Source: an uncultured Candidatus Micrarchaeota archaeon
GTDB lineage: Archaea > Micrarchaeota > Micrarchaeia > Anstonellales > Bilamarchaeaceae
DNA: 64,000 nucleotides
Direction of reading: 5' to 3'
Assembly: GCA_963714085.1 (NCBI GenBank)
Contig: OY970229.1
Coordinates: 1,120,001-1,184,000 of the forward strand
Position 1 is the stretch's first letter. Every line of letters starts with the position of its first letter. A program made the translations under genes and the position numbers. The notes under the pieces are model-generated. The model saw only the letters and a list, made by a program, of their open reading frames with translations. It was not told the DNA's origin and made no database searches. Below, piece by piece: positions 8,012 to 16,484 of this stretch.

Positions 8012-9766
8012 TCACTTCGAGGACAGTATGATCTTCCTGTCCATGACCAGCGTATAGATGAAGAGGACCGTGAGCGTGACGTAGCGCACCAGGCCGTAGA
8101 TCAGGAACTTCTGCCATGCCTGGTTCCTCGCGTTTATAACGCCGAGCAGGTCCTTGAAGGACTCCTTCTCCGCGGGGCCCATCTTGCTGTCGCTCAGCTT
8201 CTTGTGCTCCTTGCCGTCTATTATCGTGATCTCCTCCTGCTTGCCTATCTGCTTCTTCGCCTGGCCGTACCAGGGCGGCAGCGAGGATTTCTTCTTCATC
8301 ATGCCCTTCATGAAGTCGCCCACGCTCAGCGGCCTCTGGTAGACCTCCCCCTTCGCCTTCTCGTGGGCCTCATCCTTGGTCATCCCTTGCTGTATGTACT
8401 TCTCCGCTTTCTTCTCTATGGCGAAGAACGCCTCCCTCCACGGGTAGGTTGCGGCCTCGTCCACCACCGCCTTGAGGTCAGCGGACGCATAGCCCATGGT
8501 CGCGGCGCCGAGCAGACTGAACGGGATGAGGGACGTGAGGGGCCTCTTCTTGGCATGCATCTTGAGTATGGCGACGCGTGAGTCGTAATCCGGCTCGGGT
8601 ATGTAGAGCAGTTTGCTGAAACGGCCGGACCTCCTGAGCGCCGGGTCGACATCCCACGGCGCGTTGGTCGCGGCTATGACCAGGACGTTCTGGTTGTTGG
8701 CCTCCACCCCGTCCATCTCGTAGAGCAGCTGGTTCACGGCCATCTTCATGTACTGCTGGCCTTCCTGCTGGTCCCTCCTGCCTCCTAGCGCGTCCACTTC
8801 GTCGAAGAACAGTATGCACGGCACGTGCTTGCGCGCCAGCTCGAACACCTTGTGTATGTTCTTCTCGGTGTTGCCCACGTACATGTCCAGCAGGTCGGAC
8901 AGCTTCGCGTTTATGAAACCGGCCTGGCACTCGCCGGCAGCCGCCTTTACAATGAAAGTTTTCCCGCATCCAGGAGGGCCGTACATCAGTATGCCGCCGC
9001 CTCCGAGCTTGCCGTACTTGCGGGCCAGCTCCGGATTCATCATAGGGTAGACAATCGCCTCGCGGATCTCCTCCTTCATCTTCTTCATGCCCGCGACGTC
9101 GACGAACGTCATATTGGGCTTCTGGAGCATCTTTATGTCGGCCCCGGCCGTCCCGCCGCCGCCTTCGCCCTTGCCTTCCTGCTCCTTCTTGGCCTTCGCG
9201 CTCTCCAAGTGCGTCTTGGCTTCCGCGAGCTCCGGGTTCAGCTGCAGCGCCTTCTCGTAGTCGGCTATGGCGTCGCTGATACTGCCCGCGTACTCATGCG
9301 CCAGGCCCCGCAGGTGGTACGCTTCGGCGAAGTCCGCCTTTATCTGGATGACCTTGCTGAAATCCTCCACCGCCTTCTCGTATTCTTCGATAGATGCGTA
9401 AGAGAGCCCCCGGTTGTAGAAGGCCTTGAGATAGTTCGGGTTCAGGGTTATGGCCTTGTCATAGTCCTTCACAGCGGTCTGGAAGTCCTGCTTCCTGTAG
9501 AACGCGTCGCCCCTGTTATTGTAGATTATCGGGTTCTGGGGGTCGAGCTCCCCTGCCTTGGTGTAGTCAGCCACGGACTTGTCGAAGTTCTTGAGCTGGT
9601 AGTAGGAGAGGGCGCGGTTGAAGTACGCCTCGGAGAACACCGGGTTGAGGAGGATAGCCATGTTGTAGTTCTCTATGGCCTTCTCGTAGTCCGATTTCTC
9701 GTAGTAATCGTTGCCCAACTGGTAATACGTCTTCGCGTCTGTAGGATTCGGTTTCCGCTCAATCAT
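8012..9766 (-). CDS. TPR-repeat AAA+ ATPase with hydrophobic C-terminal tail
   Basis: About five 34-aa TPRs; GPPGCGKT, FFDEVD, ATNAPWDVDPALRRSGRF. Confidence 0.9.
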   Translation of the reverse strand: MIERKPNPTDAKTYYQLGNDYYEKSDYEKAIENYNMAILLNPVFSEAYFNRALSYYQLKNFDKSVADYTKAGELDPQNPIIYNNRGDAFYRKQDFQTAVKDYDKAITLNPNYLKAFYNRGLSYASIEEYEKAVEDFSKVIQIKADFAEAYHLRGLAHEYAGSISDAIADYEKALQLNPELAEAKTHLESAKAKKEQEGKGEGGGGTAGADIKMLQKPNMTFVDVAGMKKMKEEIREAIVYPMMNPELARKYGKLGGGGILMYGPPGCGKTFIVKAAAGECQAGFINAKLSDLLDMYVGNTEKNIHKVFELARKHVPCILFFDEVDALGGRRDQQEGQQYMKMAVNQLLYEMDGVEANNQNVLVIAATNAPWDVDPALRRSGRFSKLLYIPEPDYDSRVAILKMHAKKRPLTSLIPFSLLGAATMGYASADLKAVVDEAATYPWREAFFAIEKKAEKYIQQGMTKDEAHEKAKGEVYQRPLSVGDFMKGMMKKKSSLPPWYGQAKKQIGKQEEITIIDGKEHKKLSDSKMGPAEKESFKDLLGVINARNQAWQKFLIYGLVRYVTLTVLFIYTLVMDRKIILSSK

Positions 9767-9838
9767 GATACCAACTGGAATATCTCTACTTACACATAGG
9801 AGACGGTATTTTTAAGATTATCCTGCTGCCCGTCATCA

Positions 9839-11068
9839 CTACCCCATCTCCTCCTCGATTCTGAGCAGCTGGTTGTATTTCGCCGTGCGCTCTCCCCTGG
9901 CAGGCGCGCCGGTCTTTATCTGGCCCGCGTTTATGCCCACGCAGAAGTCCGCTATGAAGCTGTCCTCGGTCTCGCCGGAGCGGTGGGATACGACGACCTT
10001 CCACTTGCTGTGCCTGCAGAGGTTGGCCGCGGCTATCGCCTCGCTCACGGTCCCTATCTGGTTGACCTTGAGCAGCAGGGCGTTGCAGGACTGCTTCTCT
10101 ATGGCGGTCCTTATCCTCTTCACGTTGGTCACGAGCAGGTCGTCCCCGACCACCTGGATCCTCTTGCCGAGCGTCTCGGTCATCTCGCTGAACATGTCGA
10201 AATCGTCCTCGAAGAACGGGTCCTCTATGGAGGACAGGCCGAAGCCCTTCACCAAATCGACGTAGAAGTCCAGAAGGTCGTCCGCATCCACGGATTTCCC
10301 GTCCAGGTTGTACATCTTTTTTTTCTCGTCGTAGAACGAGCTGGCCGCGGCGTCTATGGCGATGCCCGTCCTCTTCCTGTAGCCGCATTCCACCAGCGCG
10401 TCCTCTATCGCCTCGAGCGCTTCGGAGGCATTATCCAGCTGCGGCGCGAAACCGCCCTCGTCGCCTACGTTCCTCGCCCCCGGTCCGTACTTCTTCACCA
10501 GCTGCTGGCCGAGCGTGTGATAAGTCTCGCTCGCCATCCTCAGGCGTTCGGAAAAGGTCGGCGCGTCCGGTATTATCATGAACTCCTGGATGGAGAGCCT
10601 GCCTCCCGCGTGCTTGCCTCCGTTGAGTATGTTGAACATCGCCCTGGGCATCTCGCTGCCCCCGAGATAACTGTGGAGCGGCTCGTTGTTGGACGCAGCC
10701 GCGGCCCTGGCGCAGGCCATGGACACCGCAACCATGGCGTTCGCGCCCAGCCTGGATTTCTCAGGAGTGCCGTCCAGCTCTATCATCTGGGCGTCTATGT
10801 CCTCCAGCGGCTCTATGGGCATACCGACTAAAAGCGGCTCTATCTTCTCATTGACGTTCTGCACCGCCTGCATCACGCCCTTTCCCAGGTAACGGCTGTC
10901 CTCGTCGCGCAGCTCCAGCGCCTCGTGGATCCCGGTGGAAGCACCGCTCGGCGCCGCGGACCTGCCGAACGAGCCGCCTTCGGTCTCCACGTCCACTTCC
11001 ACGGTAGGGTTGCCCCTGGAATCAAGTATCTCCCGCGCATGCACGCTCTTGATATGCAAGAATATCAC
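9839..11068 (-). CDS. eno: Enolase
   Basis: EILDSRGNPTVE, PSGASTG, GDEGG, SHRSGETED. Confidence 0.97.
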   Translation of the reverse strand: MIFLHIKSVHAREILDSRGNPTVEVDVETEGGSFGRSAAPSGASTGIHEALELRDEDSRYLGKGVMQAVQNVNEKIEPLLVGMPIEPLEDIDAQMIELDGTPEKSRLGANAMVAVSMACARAAAASNNEPLHSYLGGSEMPRAMFNILNGGKHAGGRLSIQEFMIIPDAPTFSERLRMASETYHTLGQQLVKKYGPGARNVGDEGGFAPQLDNASEALEAIEDALVECGYRKRTGIAIDAAASSFYDEKKKMYNLDGKSVDADDLLDFYVDLVKGFGLSSIEDPFFEDDFDMFSEMTETLGKRIQVVGDDLLVTNVKRIRTAIEKQSCNALLLKVNQIGTVSEAIAAANLCRHSKWKVVVSHRSGETEDSFIADFCVGINAGQIKTGAPARGERTAKYNQLLRIEEEMG

Positions 11069-11159
11069 CTGAGGGGCATATACCGCTAAAATTTATAAGT
11101 CATAGCAAATGCCCGGCCTGCATGGCGATTTTTAAGCACTCTGGCGCACACATAGCAAC

Positions 11160-11711
11160 ATGGCCGCCCTGGCAAGGAAACAATTGATAGCCTGCCCCAG
11201 TACCAGTCCAAGACATCCTCACAGGAGGTATAGGGTAAAGTTAGACGAATATACGGTATACGCCACGCGTGCCGAGCTTGTCGAATTGGCAAGGTTCGGA
11301 AAAAGAAGGGAGAACCTGGAAGCCAAGGTGGAAAAGGAGGGGGCCAAGGTCCTAGCGCGGCGGCAGGAGTATATGGAGAAAAACCCGCGCCATAGCATCC
11401 GCGAGAAGATGGACGCCGTGTTCGACCACATAGTCTGGGGGACCCTGTTCCTGGGAGCTGGGCTGGCAGGCATTCCGTTGGAGATCGGGAGCCTTACGCG
11501 CGGGTTCCGGGGCACTATGACGGAAGTATGCATGGTTTGCGCCGCGTCCGCAGTGGGTTTCATTGCGTCCTTGAGACACAGCGTGCCGCTATTGATGCGT
11601 GAAAGACTAACGGGGAAAAAGCTTGAAATATACGAGGGAGAACTGCTGGACGCGAAGGTCCAAGAGGCTGGATTCTGCCAAGAATTGCTGAAAAGAGACA
11701 GGTCCAACTAA
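11160..11711 (+). CDS. Hypothetical membrane protein (2 TM)
   Basis: 183-aa ORF with two hydrophobic segments; TTTTTAA box about 25 nt upstream. Confidence 0.55.
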   Translation: MAALARKQLIACPSTSPRHPHRRYRVKLDEYTVYATRAELVELARFGKRRENLEAKVEKEGAKVLARRQEYMEKNPRHSIREKMDAVFDHIVWGTLFLGAGLAGIPLEIGSLTRGFRGTMTEVCMVCAASAVGFIASLRHSVPLLMRERLTGKKLEIYEGELLDAKVQEAGFCQELLKRDRSN

Positions 11712-11739
11712 TTTCCTATAACCCTGCTGCGGTGGTCGG

Positions 11740-11931
11740 ATGAAACTCATGCTCGATGGAAGGAAAGCAAAGCAAATCAAGTTCAGCGGCAGCGTAGCGT
11801 CCTTGCTGAAGAAAATCGGTGTCCGTAGGGAAGAGGTCGTAGTGAAGCTCAACGGCCGTCTGGCGCCCGAGACCGCGTCCGTCGGAGCGAGCGACAAGGT
11901 GGAAGTGCTCAGGGTAGTCTTCGGTGGCTGA
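11740..11931 (+). CDS. Ubiquitin-like sulfur carrier (SAMP/ThiS/MoaD)
   Basis: 63 aa ending VVFGG; overlaps the downstream thiolase gene. Confidence 0.9.
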   Translation: MKLMLDGRKAKQIKFSGSVASLLKKIGVRREEVVVKLNGRLAPETASVGASDKVEVLRVVFGG

Positions 11932-12823
11932 GATGGACGGATGCTCGAAATGCGATAACAACGCGATCATCCGCCTGCACTACTGCGAGCGCAGCCTCTG
12001 CGCGGACCATTTCCTGCGCATGTTCGACAAGCGCTTCCGCTCCACGGTGCGCGAGTTCCGCATGCTGAGCAAGGGCGACCGGGTCGCGGTCGGGCTCTCA
12101 GGCGGCAAGGACAGCACGGTCCTGCTCCAGTGCCTCCACGAGCTGTCAAAGGACCTGCCCATGGAGCTCGTCGCAATAACCGTGGACGAGGGCATCTCCG
12201 GCTACCGCGATGCCACGCTCCGCATCGCGAAGAGGCAGACGAAGAAGCTCGGAATCGAGCATGAGATAGTCTCGTTCAGAAAAGAGATCGGCAAGCCGCT
12301 GGATTCGATAATAAAAAAACACGGCGGCCTGCCCTGCTCCTGGTGCGGTGTCTTTAGGCGAGGCCTGCTCAACCGGACCGCGAAAAGGCTCGGAGTGGAC
12401 AAGCTTGCAATGGGCCACAACCTCGACGACATGGCCCAGACCGTGCTCATGAACATATTGAGGAACGAGCCCTCGCGCACCGAGAGGCTGCTCGCGCCAG
12501 CCAAGCACTCCGAGTTCGTCCGGCGCATAAGGCCGCTCCTGCGCACCCCGGAGAAGGAGACCGCGGTCTATGCGATGCTACGCGGCATGGAGATGAGCTA
12601 TAAAGAATGCCCATATGCGCAATCCGCGTTCAGGCAGTCTGTGAGAAGGCAGCTCAACGAGATGGAGGAGCTCCACCCTGGTACGAAGTACAAGGTGCTC
12701 GGCAGCTTCCTCTCCGGTGGGAAAGCGCCCGAAGAGCGCAGGTTCGAGGCGTGTTCCTCATGCGGTGAGCCGGGCAGCTCCGCGCTCTGCAAGTTCTGCG
12801 AGCTGACTAATAAAGTAAAATAA
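11924..12823 (+). CDS. ncsA: tRNA 2-thiolation protein NcsA/TtuA
   Basis: SGGKDS PP-loop, CSWC, GHNLDD, N- and C-terminal Zn fingers. Confidence 0.9.
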   Translation: MAEMDGCSKCDNNAIIRLHYCERSLCADHFLRMFDKRFRSTVREFRMLSKGDRVAVGLSGGKDSTVLLQCLHELSKDLPMELVAITVDEGISGYRDATLRIAKRQTKKLGIEHEIVSFRKEIGKPLDSIIKKHGGLPCSWCGVFRRGLLNRTAKRLGVDKLAMGHNLDDMAQTVLMNILRNEPSRTERLLAPAKHSEFVRRIRPLLRTPEKETAVYAMLRGMEMSYKECPYAQSAFRQSVRRQLNEMEELHPGTKYKVLGSFLSGGKAPEERRFEACSSCGEPGSSALCKFCELTNKVK

Positions 12824-12844
12824 CCTTCCATTCCATAACCCTCC

Positions 12845-13636
12845 ATGGAAATCGTATTTCTGGGCACTGGTGGCGGCAGGGTCAACCTCATCAGGCAGAC
12901 GAGGAAGACCGGCGGGTTCCGGATAAACTCTGATTCTGCGAACATACACGTGGACCCTGGCCCGGGCGCGCTCATATACTCGGTCGAACACCACCACGAC
13001 CCGCTCACGCTGGACGCCGTGATCGTCACCCACGCGCACGTGGACCACGGCAACAACGCTAACCTCATGGTGGAAGGGATGTCCAGGTTCGCTCTTGAGA
13101 AGAAAGGGATAATCATAGCCAGCAGGAACACGCTGGAAGGCCCGGACCACCTCGTAACGAAATACCACCAGGACCATGCGAAGGAGATATACAGCGCGGT
13201 CTATGGCGAACGGAAGAGGTTCACCACCAAAAAAGGCAGCTTCGAGCTGGAGATAGTGGAGGTCAAGCACGACGAGCCCACCGCCTTCGGATTCAAGCTG
13301 TATCTGGAAGGGAAGGTCATCGGGTACACCTCGGACACCAACTGGTTCGAGGAGCTGGGGACGCGCTTCTCGGGCTGCGACCTGCTGGTGGCGAACTGCC
13401 TCAAGCCCTATTCGGACGGCATACCGGACCACCTGGAGAGCAGCCAGATAGTCAAGCTGCTCAAGATCGCGCAGCCGAAGAAGGCCGTGCTCTCGCATTT
13501 CGGGGTGAAGATGCTGCGCGCCGGCCCGGAGCTCGAGGCGCAGAAGATAGAGTACGAGAGCGAGGTCGACACGATCGCGGCCAAGGACGGGATGAGGCTC
13601 ATAATCGGCGACGAGATAACCGTGGCGAACCCTTAG
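12845..13636 (+). CDS. Metallo-beta-lactamase fold hydrolase
   Basis: FLGTGGG, VDPGPG, THAHVDH, YTSDT, LSHFG. Confidence 0.9.
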   Translation: MEIVFLGTGGGRVNLIRQTRKTGGFRINSDSANIHVDPGPGALIYSVEHHHDPLTLDAVIVTHAHVDHGNNANLMVEGMSRFALEKKGIIIASRNTLEGPDHLVTKYHQDHAKEIYSAVYGERKRFTTKKGSFELEIVEVKHDEPTAFGFKLYLEGKVIGYTSDTNWFEELGTRFSGCDLLVANCLKPYSDGIPDHLESSQIVKLLKIAQPKKAVLSHFGVKMLRAGPELEAQKIEYESEVDTIAAKDGMRLIIGDEITVANP

Positions 13637-13648
13637 TGAGGGAACCGA

Positions 13649-14659
13649 TCAACGCGGCCCAGGGGTTCCAAGAAGCTCGTCAGCCATCGGGAAGTAATTC
13701 AACTTGTGCTCTTTGTAGACATGGAGCAGTTCGTAATCCTGGGTCAATCCGGCAAAACGGTTCCTGAATCTTGCCATGATATCGCGGAATTCCGCCTCGT
13801 CGTTGACCTCCGCCTCGATTTCAAGGTCCCACTCCCCGAAGCACTCGATTAGATAAACGATTGCAGGCTCGGCCATGCAGAACGAGAGTATCTTCTTCTC
13901 GTCCACTTCGCTGAAGCTTCCCGTGGTTATTAAAGATTTGTAGTACATCCTCCCGATCTTCCCGAGATCGATGAGTATGCGGTATGACTGGATTATCCCC
14001 TTCTCCTCCATCTTTGCGATCCTCTGTTTCACGGTATTGAAGCTGGTTTTGAGCTCCTGCGCCATCTCCTGGGTGCTCATCCTTGCGTCCAATGAGAGGA
14101 ATCTCAGGATGCGGATGTCCAGCTCGTCAAGTTTCTCTTGGGGAGGTTCGAACCCATACCAGGGATTCCTCTCTTTCTGCTCCCTTTCCCCGACAAGATA
14201 GGCGCGCTCGAAATGGTAATTGACCATCGAGGGGGAGATGCTGTAATTCTTCATGTACTGGCCGATTTCCCTTTTTACCTCGTGCAAGAAAACATTGACC
14301 TCGATCGGATTTCTTGCGGAGAAAAGCACCTCAAGGTCCCACCGCCCGCTCGTGCTCACGACCCAGATGCAACGGGGGTGCTTCATGAAATAATCCACTA
14401 TCCCCAGCTCGTCTTTTTCAGATGTCTTTTGGAACCTTAGGTAGATGCGGTAGGTGAAAAAACCGAGCCTGTGCAGGTCCACCACCGCCATGGTTCCGAC
14501 TATGATCTTGTTCCTGAAAAGATTGTCAAGCCGGTATTTCACCAGTTGCGCCGAGAGCCCCACCTTTTTCGCAAGCTCGGACAGCGGCGCCCTTGCGTTG
14601 TAATCGAGTTCATGGAGGATCTTGAGGTCTTTTTTATCTGGTCTGGCCGGGTTTTTCAT
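13649..14659 (-). CDS. Tandem (double HTH-RAM) Lrp/AsnC family transcription regulator
   Basis: Two HTH units (DKKDLKILHELDYNAR..., LDELDIRILRFLSLDAR...), each followed by a G.WDL RAM-like domain. Confidence 0.88.
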   Translation of the reverse strand: MKNPARPDKKDLKILHELDYNARAPLSELAKKVGLSAQLVKYRLDNLFRNKIIVGTMAVVDLHRLGFFTYRIYLRFQKTSEKDELGIVDYFMKHPRCIWVVSTSGRWDLEVLFSARNPIEVNVFLHEVKREIGQYMKNYSISPSMVNYHFERAYLVGEREQKERNPWYGFEPPQEKLDELDIRILRFLSLDARMSTQEMAQELKTSFNTVKQRIAKMEEKGIIQSYRILIDLGKIGRMYYKSLITTGSFSEVDEKKILSFCMAEPAIVYLIECFGEWDLEIEAEVNDEAEFRDIMARFRNRFAGLTQDYELLHVYKEHKLNYFPMADELLGTPGPR

Positions 14660-14738
14660 ATATTTTTATTTATTACTATTATCTTTAATATTTATGCAAT
14701 TCTTAAAAGAAATCAACAATATCATTTTAAATATATAG

Positions 14739-14750
14739 AAAACGCGTTTT
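14739..14750. promoter_or_regulatory. 12-bp palindrome AAAACGCGTTTT, candidate operator
   Basis: Lies between TTTTAAATATA and the ATG at 14756, in the divergent intergenic region of the Lrp gene. Confidence 0.4.
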
Positions 14751-14755
14751 AGCAT

Positions 14756-16414
14756 ATGGAAACACAAAATAAAAAGATTGTGCTGGTGAGGTGCCCGCAA
14801 CCAGTGCTTGTTGGGGATGACGGGGCGCTGTATTCGCCGAACCGGACACGCACCCCGGAACCGACCCTGCCGCAGCTCCACGGGATTTTAAGGGATTTCG
14901 CAGAGCAGCACGGCGTCGGGATGGAGGTCGTGCAACTCGATCTACGTGACCCGAAGAACGGCGCATTGGAGCGGGTGCATTACGATGACATCGATGTCCC
15001 GTATTTGGGGAAGACGCTCAGAAAGATATACGAGGGCGTGAACATCGAAACGCTCAGGCCCATCCTTCAAGATGCGGATTTCATAGGGTTCACGAACAAC
15101 TTCGCGATGTCCAGGAATGTCGTCTGCGGGACTATACGGAAAGTCAGGTCCATGTTCCCTGAAAAAGAGCTCTGGATAGGGGGCCGTGATGTCTACACCG
15201 TTAGGATCAACGCCATCTACGCGGCAGCGGCAGGAGACAGGAACACGGTGGTTTTCGATGGCCACGTTTTCGATTCTTTGCCCGCTTACCTTCTATGGAG
15301 GATAAAGGGTTCTGGGGAGCCGTTCGGGGTGACCGTCTATGGTAAGGACGGCGAAACCAGAACGGTCCAGAAAAGGCCGCTTTCGGAAGGGGCGAATGCC
15401 AACGGAGAGGTAAGGATCCCATTGTCGGTGTATCCGGATCCTGCCTCGTTAGGATACTTCACCGGCTCCGGTGAAGGCCAGCCGGATCCGCCGTTCGGCA
15501 GGTTCGCGCATATGACGATGAGCTATGGTTGCCCCCACTCCTGCGGCTATTGCACTACGGGCAGGAGGGAAGGCTACCTAGTCCATAAGGACATGGAAAC
15601 CATCAAGAAAGAGCTCGATTTATACAAAAATCTGGGCGTTACGACCCTCGCCATAATGGACGATAACCTGCTCGCCCTCGGGACCAGGGATGTCACCAGG
15701 ATAATGCAGCTTGTGAACAGCTACGGATTCGGGATCGAATACGGGAACGGCCTGCAGCTGAGCCTCCTGAACAAAGACTGGGAATCCCTGAAGGGTCCGA
15801 TCCTTTCCAACTGCGACAGCCTCTATGCGCCGCTGGAGGATCTGACGCGGGACAGGGCCTATGAAAAGCTGGATCCGACCAGGTCCAATCTCGAACTGAT
15901 GCGGAAGATAGCAGCCGAAGCGCCTGCAAGGATGAGGTACCTGACCATGGGCGTGATCGTAGGTGTGCCTGGCCATACGAAAAATGCCCTTGAAACGACA
16001 TTCATGAGAAACGTCCAGAGGTTCCTCGAAGTCTTCAATCAAAGCCGCTTGCATGTCGGGATGACCGTGTTCAACTTCATCCCGCTCGCAGGGACGGTTT
16101 TCGGCGATATGGCGCTGGACAGCTGCAGGATGTTCGCAGACCCCGTATCCGCGCATCCCGAGATATGCAACTTCGGGGTCGTGAGCTATGCCCCGCCTGG
16201 CATGACGCACAGGGAAGTCTTCGACGCCTATGAAAAAGCGCTTGAATTGAATCCGGCCGGGAAGGAGCTCGGATTATCGTATACGAGGCTCCAGCGCTAC
16301 GGTGAGAACGCCCTCCCGGAAAACGAAAGATGGAAAATCCCCCAGGCATGGCGGACCCCCGGCCTGCATCTCAGAGCCCAAATGCCCGGATGCAAGAGAG
16401 GCATTACAAAATAG
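14756..16414 (+). CDS. Radical SAM protein, probably with N-terminal cobalamin-binding-like domain
   Basis: GCPHSCGYC motif, DDNL; N-terminal DFIGFT...LWIGG Rossmann-like segment. Confidence 0.85.
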   Translation: METQNKKIVLVRCPQPVLVGDDGALYSPNRTRTPEPTLPQLHGILRDFAEQHGVGMEVVQLDLRDPKNGALERVHYDDIDVPYLGKTLRKIYEGVNIETLRPILQDADFIGFTNNFAMSRNVVCGTIRKVRSMFPEKELWIGGRDVYTVRINAIYAAAAGDRNTVVFDGHVFDSLPAYLLWRIKGSGEPFGVTVYGKDGETRTVQKRPLSEGANANGEVRIPLSVYPDPASLGYFTGSGEGQPDPPFGRFAHMTMSYGCPHSCGYCTTGRREGYLVHKDMETIKKELDLYKNLGVTTLAIMDDNLLALGTRDVTRIMQLVNSYGFGIEYGNGLQLSLLNKDWESLKGPILSNCDSLYAPLEDLTRDRAYEKLDPTRSNLELMRKIAAEAPARMRYLTMGVIVGVPGHTKNALETTFMRNVQRFLEVFNQSRLHVGMTVFNFIPLAGTVFGDMALDSCRMFADPVSAHPEICNFGVVSYAPPGMTHREVFDAYEKALELNPAGKELGLSYTRLQRYGENALPENERWKIPQAWRTPGLHLRAQMPGCKRGITK

Positions 16415-16484
16415 ATCTCCCGCCTACCGGAAGATAAATGATGCTCGGGCTGATTTCAGCTTCCATTTGGTTAAGCCTGGGTTT

